A stretch of 64,000 nt of DNA, taken from contig NC_086124.1 in NCBI RefSeq assembly GCF_963921235.1, positions 24,366,001 through 24,430,000 of the forward strand, written 5' to 3'. The notes beneath the pieces are model-generated. The model saw nothing but the letters and a program-made list of their open reading frames with translations. It did not search any database and was not told the origin of the DNA. This DNA is from Mobula hypostoma. Taxonomy: Eukaryota. A program made the translations under genes and the position numbers. Positions 50,196-63,425 of this stretch are shown in pieces; position 1 is the stretch's first letter; every line of letters starts with the position of its first letter.

Positions 50196-53100
50196 AAAAG
50201 TCGACATTTTTAAGTAAGCATTTTTTCTTCTCCCTTATTCTGAATTTTGATAATTTCTTCTTGCAAGCTCTCTTTCTGTTCTTCCACCTTGAAAAGGAAT
50301 GGGCTAATTACCCAGTCCGAAATTTCTGGATCATTCAAATCCTTGAATCAATTCCGAAAATCATTCTTCGGTGACTACAGGTGTAAGGAGCACTCTTGCA
50401 AATCACCATCTGTGAAAGAGAGTGTCATACTTTCCATGCAGGGAAACTGAGAACATTCTTCTCCCAATGTTTTGCTTACGTATTTTCAATTTTCTGATAA
50501 AAGTGGACACTGCACTTTTCGTCTGGTTTAAATTGAAGTTTTCACCCTGCAGTCTCATATTTAGAATATTCAGTTTGTCATACAGATTGGCTTCATTTGC
50601 CACATCTCCATATAGAAGTTCAATCTTGTTGACTTCCACCAGTGTCAAAAAGATCAAAGAAACGTTTTAAGCATCAGCTTTTTGACAGTCAACACACTTC
50701 AGTGTGAAGAAGCAAGCGTTCAATCTCTGCATTGTTATCTTGGCATAAATGGTGAAATATTCTGCTAGTTAATGGATGAGCTTTAATTTTGTTGATAGCA
50801 GATATTACAAGAGTCATGCTTGAAAAAACTCACGAGCTGAAGTTTTTGGCTGTGAGGTGTTGACGATGAATTACACAATGGATGTAAACAAACTTGGAAT
50901 TTCCTTTTTCATTAATGCCACTAAACCGGCATGGCAACCTGTCATTTATGGTGCTCCACCTCTTGTACCAGAAATCATGTTCCTAATTGAAATACTTTCA
51001 TCCTCAGTATATATTTTACAAATGAGAGTCTCTTCATAAACTTTTCCCTTTTTGAAAAACCGTACATATGACTTTAGCAATGCTGCGTTGCCTTACACTG
51101 TTTTCTCATCCAGTTGTATCCCAAATTCTGTTTTTTGTGGCTCTGTGCACAGTTGATATTCCACATCTTTACTCATTGCATCAATACGATGAGCTATTGC
51201 TCAGAGGAATTGATTTTAAAATACTGGTTTCCATTTTGAGAACAGTGGTGAAGCATTTCTGATCCAGTCGGCATTATTAATCTTTCATCAATTCTATGAG
51301 ATTTTCCACACCTTGTTATCATTTTGGAAATGATATAAGAAGCAATAAGGCCACAAGGCAAATGACTCGAGTGTGCAATGGTTTTCCAATGCTTCTTTCA
51401 TCTTCTTGAACCAAGTAATACCATAAGTAGCCTTTTCAGGGTGTCTTTTACAGAAGTGTTCCTGCAATCTTGATGGTTTCATGTATTCATTAGACAGTAC
51501 AGTATTACAAATAGGAAACATGGGGCGCTGCTGATCTAACAGGATGGAATAAAACCATACTCCAGCTATGTAACTTTGTATTGACACACTTTGTGTAGTT
51601 TCTGTTTCTTAGTAGGATTAGAATTCAAGGCTTCACTGCCTTCAAACTTGTAGAGATCGCACCGTACGTACTTACCCACTGTTTACGGGACTAAATTAAA
51701 ATAATAAATTAACACCACTGGGAATGCCTATCGGATGTTGACGGCAGTGAGTTGACACGGATGGAAAGATGGCAGCAGCACGCAAAGGAACAGCGAGGCA
51801 AAGGTGAAGACGATCACAACTATAAAAATTACATTGACAAGGATTCAGATTGGAATCAAATGTTAGTCATGACAGAGCTTGTGTTTGGGAAGCTATCTTC
51901 TTACTATTTCCAGTTAGCACAATTGACCAATCAAGTAAGGTCTCGTAATCCCCAAAGATGGTTCTTGACCGCACATATAAAGCCGAGGTCACTTTGAACA
52001 CCTCAAGAGGATTCCTCAGAGTTGACAGGTTCACTGATTGACTCTATTTCACCCTTTGGTTCCAACCAGCGCTGTATCATTGCGCGACCTGTTTTCCCTA
52101 GGTCTGTTGCGAAGGTTGAGAGGGTGTACTTGACTTATCAACTGTTAAATTGCATGAACTCGTTCTGTGCTGCAAGTCAAGGGTAATTGTTGGACACCCT
52201 GGTTGCTAATTTATGCATCCCCAATAATGTCTGTTTGGTTGGTAAAGTTGGATGAGATTGTTAAATTTCAGACTTGATGTGACGACAAGTGCTCACCGCC
52301 CGCTGAGCTGTGGTTCTTCCTGTGTGTTCCAGTGCCTCATCCTTTTTGTCGGAAGTGCCTACTCTACTAACGGTTGGCCAGGTCTCGAGCCTCAAGTAAG
52401 GGTGCCACTCTCCCCCCGATGACATCTATTTCCCCTAACACCTCCTTAGAACCTCAAACTGCCTCCTTGGGGAGCGATACCGCATCCCCCACCTTGGAAA
52501 TCACTGCTGCAGCTCATTCACTTTGAGGTTTCACATGTTGTACATTCAGAGATGCTCTTCTGCACACCACTGCTGTAACACATGGTGATTTGAGTTATTG
52601 TCCTCGTCCTGTCAGATTGAACCAGTCTGGCCATCCTCCTCTGACCTCTCTCATTAACAAGGTGCTTTCACCCACAAAACTGCCGCTCACTGGATGTTTT
52701 TTCTTTGTCACAACGTTCTCTGTGAACTCCAGAGACTGTTGTGTATGAAAATCCCAGGAGATCAGCAGTTTCTGAGATACTCAGACCACCCCATCTGGTC
52801 CATGGTCAAAGTTAATTAGATTGCATTTCTTCCCCATTCTGATGTTTGGTCTGAACAACAACTGAACCTCTTGACCATGTCTACATGCTTTTATGCATTG
52901 AGTTGCTGGCACATGATTGGCTGATTAGAGGTTTATATTAACGAGCAGGCGTACCTAATAAAGTGGACACTGAGTCTATGTCATTGATATCAGACCTGAT
53001 TCCGATATGCACTAACCTGTAACTAATTAACCTCACTATGCAAATTTTTATTCCTAGGTATTTCCACCTTACGGAAACTTTGGGTTACCGACAGTTCTTG

Positions 53101-53226
53101 GAACTTTCATTTGACTTGGGAGTGACTGAAAGAACCATACCCCTGGTAAGAGGCAGATGACCGGGGACAATTTCTAAACACAAAAGATTCTGCAGATGGT
53201 GGCAATCCAAAGCAGTTCCAGATTGC

Positions 53227-53253
53227 CACACACACACACACACACACACACAC
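53227..53253. repeat. (CA)n microsatellite
   Basis: cacacacaca run inside a SINE-like segment. Confidence 0.85.
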
Positions 53254-53742
53254 AAGAATTCAGCAGGCCAGGCAGCATCTAGGGAGGTGAATAAACATAG
53301 GAACAGAATTAGGCCATTCAACCTATTGTGTCTGTTCCACCATTCTATCATGGTGGAATCTCAAGGTTGTATACGTTATACTTTATTGTCACCAAACAAT
53401 TGATACTAGAACATACAATCATCACGATGATATTTGATTCTGCACTTCCCGCTCCCTGGATTACAAATCGATAGTAAATATTAAAAATTTAAATTGTAAA
53501 TCATAAATAGAAAATAGAAAAATGGAAAGTAAAGTAGTGCAAAAAAACCGAGAGGCAGGTCCGGATATTTGGAGGGTATGGCCCAGATCCGGGTCAGGAT
53601 CCGTTCAGGAGTCTTATCACATAATGTATAATGTACACATGCTTTAATAATAAACATACTTTGAACTTTGAAATTCTGTTGCTCTTTACTTTTTCTGATC
53701 CTGTAACCAAGTTCAACTTCAATATGTTTCTGTCCACGGCAG

Positions 53743-54024
53743 CGAAGCTGATGATCACAATAACCTCAAGACACCTGAAGAACAGAGAGAATACCTTGGT
53801 CCTAACATGCCAAGTGCATGGATTTTATCCCAAGAAAATCCACGCAACGTGGCTGCGGAATGGTGCGGTGATCGATCGGGAAGTGCTAATGACGAAAATT
53901 TTACCCAACCGGGATGGGACGTTCCAAGTCCGGCTACAGGTCGAAATTGACCCCAGGAAGGGTGACACTTACACTTGTGAAATCGAGCATCTGAGCGTCC
54001 CTGACAAGCTACATACAGTTTTGG
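53743..54024 (+). CDS. Exon 3, Ig C1-set domain with MHC class I alpha3-type motifs (open frame)
   Basis: 282 nt, phase 1-1 (cag| ... G|gtaagg). AKLMITITSRHLKNRENTLVLTCQVHGFYPKKIHATWLRNG...ILPNRDGTFQVRLQVEIDPRKGDTYTCEIEHLSVPDKLHTVL. Both Cys and the core Trp are present, with C-x5-YP and YxCxxxH motifs. Confidence 0.92.
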
Positions 54025-55436
54025 GTAAGGCTCAGAGTCTGAATAATTTGGGGTCCAGTGTACTGGTGACGATCTGGTTCACACTCTGTCAAACACTATA
54101 TTATACACTCAGTGGCCACTTTATTAGGCACCTCCTCTACATAATAAAGTGACCATTGAGTGTAAGGTCATGGTCTTATGCTGCTGTAGCCCATCCACTT
54201 CAAGGTTCGAATGTTTGCATTCAGTGATGCTCTTCTGCACACTACCATTGTAACAGGCGGTTCTTTCAGTTACTGTCGTGTTCCTGTTAGCTGGAACCAG
54301 TCTGGCCATTCTCCTCTGAAATCTCACTAACAAGGCACTTTTGCCCACAACTGCCACTCAGTAGATTTTTTTTTCACACTGTTCACTTTAAACTCCAGAG
54401 ACTTGTGCCTGAAAATCCCGGGAACTCAACAATTTCTGAGATACTCAAACCACCCCGTCATGCATTAGCAATCATTCAATAAAAGGTTCATTTATTATCA
54501 AACTATGTACTCAGTATTCAACTCTGAGATTCATCTTCTCCAGATAGCCAGGAAAAAAAGAAATCCATGGAAGTCATTCAAAGATAAACATCAAACCCCC
54601 CCCACCTCCACTGCACAAAAAAAATCAAAACTTAACAAGAACATCAACCCCCCAAAACCCCACTCCCTCACATAAAAAACTAACAAAAACATTCAGACCT
54701 ATACCCCCTCCCCTGCACAAAAAACTAACAAAACATGCTATGCAACAATAAGGTTAAAGAACAGGGGAAAACACAGAATATAAAAATCATAAGACTGAAA
54801 AAGTCCATAGTCCAATCCATAAATTCAGAACCTTGGTAATATCCTCTGACCAACAGCGAGAGAGAGAGAGAGACCACTCAAACACAGAGGCCTACCCTCC
54901 AACAACAGTGAGTGAAAGGCACCACACAAACTCCTCTGACAGCAGAGAAATCCATCCCTGCAATCAAAAGGCAAGCAGTTGCCTCAGATTCAATCTTCCT
55001 CGACACTTTAATTGGCAAAAGGGAGTCGATCATTGGCCCCTACCTTATCTTTAATCTGCTTTGCCTTGAGGCTGTTTGAGCTTCCTGGAATCTTCCCGGA
55101 GACAGCAAAGCACTAGATCACTCAATTGATCTCCAAACTGTAAATCACAGCCTCTTAACAGTTTCAGAAACACATTTAAGATGAAAAGCAGACGTAAAAG
55201 AAGTGAAATAAACAGTTTCATGGACTATCTGGTAGATGTCGACCAGGGGGACGTTGCACACAGGCATCATCTTGACTAGATTCCATATGGTGAAAGTCAC
55301 TCAGATCACATTTCTTCCCCAATCTGAAGTTTGGTCTGAACAACAACTGGACCTTTTGGCCTTGTCTGCATGCTTTGATGCATTGAGTTGCTGCCACATG
55401 ATTGGGTGATTTGGTTCACATTTTCAACCCATTCAG

Positions 55437-55477
55437 GTTACGATTGTTTTGCAGAAAGAGAATCCTGCTGTAACCTG
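55437..55477 (+). other. Possible remnant downstream exon of copy 2
   Basis: Acceptor ttttcaacccattcag resembles the copy 1 TM-exon acceptor ttttcatcctgcag. A second acceptor ends at 55454, and there is a strong donor gtgagt at 55478. It encodes no TM helix and sits right after a truncated MITE. Confidence 0.25.
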
Positions 55478-55639
55478 GTGAGTACCAGTATCTCCCCTTT
55501 CTACATCAGTCATGGAGTAATACAGATATGGGCCCTTCAGCCCAACTGGACCATGCTGATCACCATAAAATCATAAATTATAGGAGCAGAATTAGTCCAT
55601 TTGGCCTATTGAATCTGCTTTGGCATTTCATGGCTAATT

Positions 55640-56945
55640 TATTATTCTCTCAACCCCATATTTCTGCCTTCTCCCTGTAACCTTTGACACCCTTAATAAT
55701 CAAGAACCTATCAACTTCATCTTTAAATATACCCAGTGACGTAGCCTCCAGAGCAGTCTGTGGCAATGAATTCAGGGACTTACCTAACGGAATTCCTTCT
55801 CATCTCTGTTCTAAAGGGATGTCCTTCTATTCTGAGACTGTGTCCTCTGGTCCTAGACTCCCCCATGAGAGGAAACATCCTCTCCACGTCCACTCTGTCT
55901 AGGCTTTTCAGTATTTGATAGGATTCAATGAGATTTACACCCCCACCCCCCAACCCCATCATTCTTCTAAACTCCACCAAGTACAGGCCCAGAGCCATCA
56001 AATGCTCATCATATGTTAACCCTTGCATTGTCAGGATCATTCTCTTTATCCTCATTTGGACCCTGTCCAATACTCAAACTGTGTAAGACCAATCTCTTAT
56101 GAAGCCTCAGCATAAAAGAATGGTAACACTGCACTTGCCTTCCTTACTCCCGACTCAACCTGCAAATTAGCCTTTAGGGAATCCTGTTCGAGGACCTCCA
56201 ATTCCCTTTGCACCTCGGATTTGTGTTTTCTCTCGGTTAATACTTTCCTTCCTGGGATCATTCTCATAAACCTCCTCTGGGCCCTCTCTAATTCCAGTAC
56301 ATCCTTTCTTAGATAAGAGGCCCAAAACTGCTCATAATACTTCAAGTGAGGTCTCACCAGTACCTTATAAAGCCTCAGTATCACGTCCTTGCTTTTATGT
56401 TCTAGTCCTCTCAAAACAAATGCTCACGTTGCATTTGCCTTCCTCAGCACCGACTCAAGCTGCAAATTAACCTTCAGGGAACTCTGCATAAGTACTCCCA
56501 AGTGCCTTCGCACTTCTGAGTTCTGAATTTCCTTCCATTCAGAAAAATAATCTACGCCTTTATTCCTTCTGCCAAAATACACTTCCCGACACTGTTCCAT
56601 CTGCTGCTTCTTTGCCAATTCTCCCAATCTAAGTCCTTCTACTGACAAAAACAACAGGAATTCTGCAGATGCTGGAAATTCAAGCAACATACATCAAAGT
56701 TGCTGGTGAACGCAGCAGGCCAAGCAGCATCTATAGGAAGAGGCGCAGTCGACGTTTCAGGCCGAGACCCTTCTACTGACACCCTGCTTCCTTGACACTA
56801 CTTGCCCTCCACCTGTGAAATGCTCTCCGCATGTTAACCCTTTCGTTCCCAGGATCATTTCCTGTGAACCTCCTCTGAACCCTCGCCAACACAAGCACAT
56901 CTATTCTCAGATAAAACTGCTCACAATACTACAAGTGCGGATTTG
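55640..56945 (-). mobile_element. CR1 3' fragments with an embedded SINE-like piece (about 56645-56775)
   Basis: LVRPHLKYYEQFW...RFMRMIPG motifs. The SINE-like core acatcaaagttgctggtgaacgcagc also occurs at 58900-59000. Confidence 0.75.
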
Positions 56946-59900
56946 ACAAATGCCTAATGAGGCCCGGCGAGTGATGGGCAGTTCTAGGGCAGTGGTCCCC
57001 AGCCTCCGGGCCGTGAAGCATGCAGGTGTGCAGCGGTAGCCGGAGCGCACCCAGCACATCTTTAAGAAAAAAGCCATAATAAACAAGCTAATTGATTAGG
57101 TGCCATCCGACATGTAAATGTTGGCCCAGATCAGAGGCACTTGGCTTCATCCCTCCCCCTCCTGTCCTTTCCTATCATTCCGGGTCTCCCCCTCCCCCTC
57201 CCACTTTCAAATCTCTTACTATGTATTTTTTCCGTTAGTCCTGACGAAGGGTCTCGACCCGAAATGTCGTCTGTACTTCTTCTTATAGATGCTGCCTGGA
57301 CTGCTGCGTTCCACCAGCATTTTGTGTGTGTTAATTGAATTTCCAGCATCTGCAGATTTTCTCGTGTTTGCGTTTTTAGAATCACATACTTATTACTTAA
57401 TTATTTACTTATTAATTGAAGGGCATAATTAAATACAGCACAACAAAGAAAATCTTGCTAGTTTCGTAAACTTTTTCTTGTCTGTCTTTATTACGAATCC
57501 ATTGCCTGTAAACACCATCCAGTTGAAAGATACTTTTTAGCCCTGATCAGATCATCTAAATGTTCCACTTGTAGTCTGTCCCAGACTTACATATGATTTA
57601 ATTCATAAAACTGAATCCACGTTCACAGTGAGCACTAAAGAAAATTCCAACTGCGCAGCTACAAAGGCTGTGAGTGCGGGAACATTTCACTAACTGCGCA
57701 GCCACACATCTGGACGGCTTAGACCGAACAGGGATAGGGTGTCGAGCAGATGGATTCAGAAGGGTGGCTACAGAGAATGGGAGTGATGTGTGGGTGCGCA
57801 GGGAGGGGGAGAGGGCGTGGACTGACAAGAGCGGGTGCATTAGGTGTTGAGTAGGTAGATGCAGAGGGTGGGGTGAAGAATGGTGCAGAGGGTGGAAAGA
57901 TGGGACAGTTGCAGAGCATGGGATTCAGGTGTGGGTGCATTGAGTGTGTGTGTTACTGGGTGGTGCAGGGTTGGAAGGTGATTACAGATGGGGGGACTGA
58001 TGGGTTGGAGGACTGGTTGAAGCTAAGCAGGTCTGTGCAAAGTGTGAGCAGGTAAATGTGGAGTGAGTGATGAGGGGGGGTGCTGAGTTTAAGGGGGTGG
58101 TTTCAGAGATTTGTGCTGAAGGGGTGTGTGTGAGGAGGCAGTGCAGACTAATCCTCGGGGGTGAAGAAATGGGTTCAATAGGTGGGGGGGCAGCATCGAC
58201 TCAGACCATGAGAGGCCTGCGTCCGGCATTTTTCATGTCTTACAAGGCACAGATTGGAAGTCTGTGTGGGGCGCCACTCCTCACACAGACTAGAGCAATG
58301 TGTGATTAAGTGCCTTGCTCAAGGGCACAAACACGCTGCCACAGCTGAGGCTCGAACTAGCAACCTTGAGGTAACTAGACGAACGCCTTAATCACTTGGC
58401 CACATGCCCATCATGCAATAGGTGAGAGGGAATAAATGGAAGGAGGAATTGGTTTATGATGGGGGTTGGTTATCAAGGTGCCTGGGGGATTAGAGGGAAA
58501 TGTGTGTGGGAGGGACAAATGGGAGGGGATGGCGTTGGGTGTCACTTAAATGGAGGGAATTATGGAGATGGCTTTTGCCTCCTCCTCCACCTCCTTCCTA
58601 ACCTTGCTCACTTTGATCCCCCTCATTTCCACCTTGCCAAATCCTGAACAGCATACTTAGGGTGAATGTGCAGTCTTTTACCCAGCGATGGGGAATCAAC
58701 AACTAGAGAGCGTAGGTTTAAAATGAGAGGAGAGAGATTCACTATGAGCCTGAGGTGCAACTTTTTCACCCAGAGGGTGGTCAGTATCGGAATCAGTTTA
58801 AATCATAAGTTTCATATAGGACATAATGAGAGAGTGAGCGATTTCAAGTCCTGGGTGTCAAGATCTCTGAGGACCTAACCTGGTCCCAACATATTGAGCA
58901 ACACACATCAAAGTTGCTGGTGAACGCAGCAGGCCAGGCAGCATCTCTAGGAAGAGGTACAGTCGACGTTTCGGGCCGAGACACTTCGTCAGTCCTGAAA
59001 ACATGAACACTACCTCACTTCTTTTAAATATATATTTTTAATCGATTCAATATACACATATACTTACTGTAATTGATTTACTTGGTTATTTAAATTTCTT
59101 TCTCTAAAATCATTTATTGCCGCTGCTAATACACGCCGGTGAAAATAAACCTGATTCTGATCATTTGTAGTTTTACAGCGGCAGTACGGTGCATAGATCA
59201 TAAATTAGTGCAAAAAAAGAGAACAGTGTTCATGGATTCATGAACTGTTCCGAAATCTGATGGCAGAAGCTGGTTCTTCAGCCTCCTGAACCTCATCCCG
59301 ATGATTGTACTGAGAAGAGGCTTGTCCCAGTTGGAGAACTATGTGTGTATATATCCGTATAGAACATAGAACATAGAATAGTACAGCACAGTACAGGCCC
59401 TTCAGTCCACAATGTAGTGCCGACCCTCAATCCTTGCCTCCCATATAAGCCCCCACCTTAAATTCCTCCATATACCTGTCTAGTAGTCTCTTAAATTTCA
59501 CTATTATATGTACTACTACTAGTGAACTAGTGTACTAGTACTAGTACGAGTATATCATATACTAGTATAGTATATGATCTGTATATGGTCACTCCTCTGA
59601 CGAATCTGCTCTTTCAATACATGTTCGAAATCCTCATTTTTCACTTTAAGCAGTGTTTTCTATTTTTCATTAACTTCTGATCATCACATATGTGAGGTTA
59701 CTTCTCAGAGCTGTCCGTGGTGTGCAGAGACCTGTGCATTGTCTGGGAACCTTCCCTGCGCCTCGTGGAATTTTCCATCCGTGACATCATGTCAGCGCTA
59801 AAAAAAAATATGGATTTCAGAGGTTTCAGATACTGGAATTTCAAATAAGAGGTCCTCGACCTTTATTATGGGTAACATGAGAGGGCACAATTTTAAGGTG

Positions 59901-62829
59901 CTTGGAATTAGATACAGAGGAGATGTCAGGGGTAAATTTTTTTACAAAGAGTGGTGAGTGTGTGGAATGGGCTGCTGGTGACGGTGGAGGAGGCAGATAC
60001 AATAGGGTCTTTTAAGAGGTTCCTGGGGGTACACGGAGCTTAGAAAAATCAAGGGCTATGGGTAACCCTAGGTAATATCTAAAGTAAGTACATGTTAGGC
60101 ACAGCATTGTGGGTCGAAGGGCCTGTATTGTGCTGTAGGTTTTCGATGTTTCTATAATTATTTGTTTTTTTTGTATGTATTTGCACAGTCTGTCTTCTTT
60201 TGCAGATTGTTTGTCTGTCAGTCTTTGTGTGTAGTTTTTCATTGATTCTAATGTATTTCTCTGTTCTGCTGTGAATGCCCACAAGAAAATGAATCTCAGG
60301 GAAGTATATGGTGACATATATGTACTTTGATAATAAATTAACTTTGAACTTTGAACTTTGATATATGAGGAATGGTTGGATCTGCACTCAAAGGGACATC
60401 AAATTCCAGTTTACTGTCATCTGCACAAGTACACATGCACACTCAGGAAATGAAAGATAATGAAGAAATAACATCATATAAGCAGTGCTTACCAGAAAAA
60501 CGTAAGTCGCACACTATTTTTACAAGAAAGAACAGAATAACAAAACAAAGACTATTTTAGCGCAAAATGGTGAGAGTTTGTTCAACTCTCAAGATTGGGA
60601 TTTTGTCAGCAGGTTTGAAAACACGTGTTTGAAGTGAAGGTGCTGTTTCTGAACCAGGTGACATGGGACTTCAAACTTCTACACCCTCCCACCCCCTTCT
60701 ATCAGTTGGAGGCTCGTACGAGTCCAGGGTTCAAGGCCTGGAGTTTGGGGTCCCGTGAAGGTGAATACCGCAGAATGGCAACCCATAGGTCAAAGACCGA
60801 AGTCATCGAGTTCCAAAGTCTCGTTCTGATGTTTGACGCCCTGGGTTGGCAGGTCTGGAAGTCAAAGGCCTGATGTTAGCGAATGCACCAGAGGCGTCCT
60901 GTCCTGGGATTGGAGGCCTGTCTGTGTGGGTGGGTGGAAGAGAGGATAGGGCTTTGTGTCGCTGTCATCGTCATTGCTTGTGTTGTTCTGCTGAACAACG
61001 AGACCACGCGATGTTAGTGCCAGGATGTGTGGCAACATTTGCAGGCTGCCCCCCAGGCACGTCTTTAGGTTGTGTTGTTTGTTAATGCAAATGGCGAGCT
61101 TCACTGTATGTTGCTATAACAAGAGAGCAATGAACGGTGGTGAACACAGGTGCAGAGCGCTGTCTAGAATACACTTAGAATCAGACTTAGACACAGACTC
61201 GAAATAACCAAGACGACACAAACAAACTCCAAAGGCGAAATCACAGAAATGGAACTCCTATGGTTGAGCACAGAGTGCTCAGCACGAGGCCGTACAGAAA
61301 TGTGGCAGGCAATAATTGGCAGTCTGAGTCAGGGACAGCGGCAGCCAACTATACTCCTTGGTCTCTCTGTTCTACAACCGACCTTCCCTCTAATTCTTTA
61401 TACCACTGTGTGGATTAACCACTGCTCTGAAAACTGCCTGGCACTTTAAATGTTTTTTTTTAATATGAATATTACAGCATCAACATTCAGCAGGCGGGCA
61501 GTTTATTAACAATGTGCTACCGACTTCCAATCTGTGTTTATTGTTACAGGGTTGTAACTTGTTACATTGACAATGTAAATGCATTGAAGGTCTAAAATGT
61601 TTCAAAGTAAAGTTTGTGGTATGTTTATTATTTAGAAAATTAATAAACTCTTTTCATTAACATAATTAAATACAGGGTATTTCTCAATTATATTAACATA
61701 GATTCCAAAATTATATTAACATGATATAAAAGAGAATTTCAGCTGCGCAGTAGCAACGGCTATGTGCGCGGGAGCATTTCAGTTACTGCATGGTCGCACA
61801 CCCATACAGGTGAGAGGGAACAGTGTCTACAACACTCACCATGACTTGCCTGTTCACTGTGTATGCCCTGTCCTGGTTTGATCCATGAAAATATAACACA
61901 TTGCATTTATCTGAATTGAACTTCATCTGCCATTCCTTACAGATGTCTGGAGTAAGCATTGCCCTATAGCGCCCTCTGCTGTTCACTCTCTCTTGTTCAA
62001 GTTTATTATCATGGGAACAGATGCACAGCTTATAAACACCAGTTCCTTAAGGTTGTTAAAGCCTGGGAAGGTAGTGGGAATGAGCTCCCAATGGTGTACA
62101 GCTCAAATAGCCTCTGACATCCAAGTCCAGCTCCTGGAACTTCACATGTGGCTTAGCCACTAAGCCCAGCAGAACCATTTCTACTAACGGGAAAGGGCAA
62201 AGGTGGGCTATTGGTCCCTTAAAACCAACCGCTTCAGGCAGATGGGGCTCATCAGCTGTGGTTGGCATCCCATTGAAAAGAAGGAAAAGTCTGATCTGAA
62301 ACCTCCGCTGCCTTCCATGGGGAAGGCTTTGGGAGTAAGACCCGAGAGAAAAATCCAGAGCCGGATAAGGCAGTCGAACGTTGAGTTCAACACTGACCAA
62401 CAACTACTGCGATGCCGCTGGTGCCAAACTGTATCGGTCTCTGTCATTCCTTTGGCTTCATCAGCAGCATGGAGAGGGGGGAGCCTGTTGTGTCGGCAAC
62501 GGCTTGCTCACCGTATCGTCCTGCTCTGAGTTGTGTACCATCTTGCGTATCATGTAGACAGCAAGGACATCGTGGTCAACCCAGATCAACAGAGGGCCTC
62601 AATCAGTACAAACACCATCAAAATCAATTTTTTCATCAGCAGCAGAAGTGTATATTACAAACAAAGGTTAATCTAAACTGTCTAATTAACATAATCAGGG
62701 ACTACACAATATCGTAGCAGATAGCACAATTGCTCTATAGTGCCAGTGATTATTGATCGGGGTTCGATTTCCACTGATGTCTGTATGTTTGATGTCTCAC
62801 TTCCAATGTTCTCCCCGTGACCATCAGAC

Positions 62830-63425
62830 CATAAGATATAGGAACAGAAGTAGGCCATTCAGCCCATCGAGTCTGCTCCACTATTCTATCATGGGCTGAT
62901 GCAATTCTACCAGTCATCCCCACTTCCCTGCCTTCTCCCCATACCCTTTTGTTGTCCTGGCTAATCAGGAACCTATCTATCTCTGCCCTAAATGTACCCA
63001 GTGACTTGGCCTCCACAGCTGCTCGTGGCAACAAATTCCACAGAGTTACCACCCTCTGACTAAAGTAATTTCTCCGCATCTCAGTTCTAAATGGACGTCC
63101 TTCAATCCTGAAGTCATCCCCTCTTGTCCTAGAATCCCCTACCATGGGAAATAACTTTGCCATATCTAATCTGTTCAGGCCTTTTAACATTTAAAATGTT
63201 TCTATGGGATCCCCCCCACCCCCTCATTCTGCTGAACTCCAGGGAATACAGCCCAAGAGCTGCCAGACGTTCCTCAAACAGTAACCCTTTCATTCCTGGA
63301 ATCATTCTCGTGAATCTTCTCTGAACCCTCTACAATGTCAGTATATCCTTTCTATAATAAGGACCCCAAAACTGCCCACAATACTCCAAGTGTGGTCTCA
63401 TGAGTGCCTTATAGAGCCTCAATAT
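62830..63425 (-). mobile_element. CR1 3' end
   Basis: RTEMRRNYFSQRVVTLWNLLP motif and the typical 3' UTR. Confidence 0.8.

Larger units (their letters stand above)
40953..52506 (-). mobile_element. hAT (Buster/Charlie-type) DNA transposon, decayed, in intron 2 of copy 2
   Basis: Ends cactgtttcccaac and cttggaaatcactg. 8-bp TSD CTGTAGCC/CTGCAGCT. Transposase remnants QQRPMFPIC...MKPSRLQEHF (51294-51587), QGENFNL (50403-50657) and a C-terminal part at 41200-41430. Confidence 0.8.
38054..54024 (+). pseudogene. MHC-like gene copy 2 (leader + one distal domain + Ig-C1), W-category beta (WB)-like; disrupted
   Basis: Three exons with mutually compatible phase-1 GT-AG junctions: 38054-38204, 39384-39633, 53743-54024. 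The distal exon carries two 1-bp deletions and a TGA. No intact TM exon was found downstream. Confidence 0.8.

Noticed and set aside
57770-58200. G/T-rich stretch with ORFs
   Set aside because: Low-complexity sequence with no recognisable domain or splice structure.
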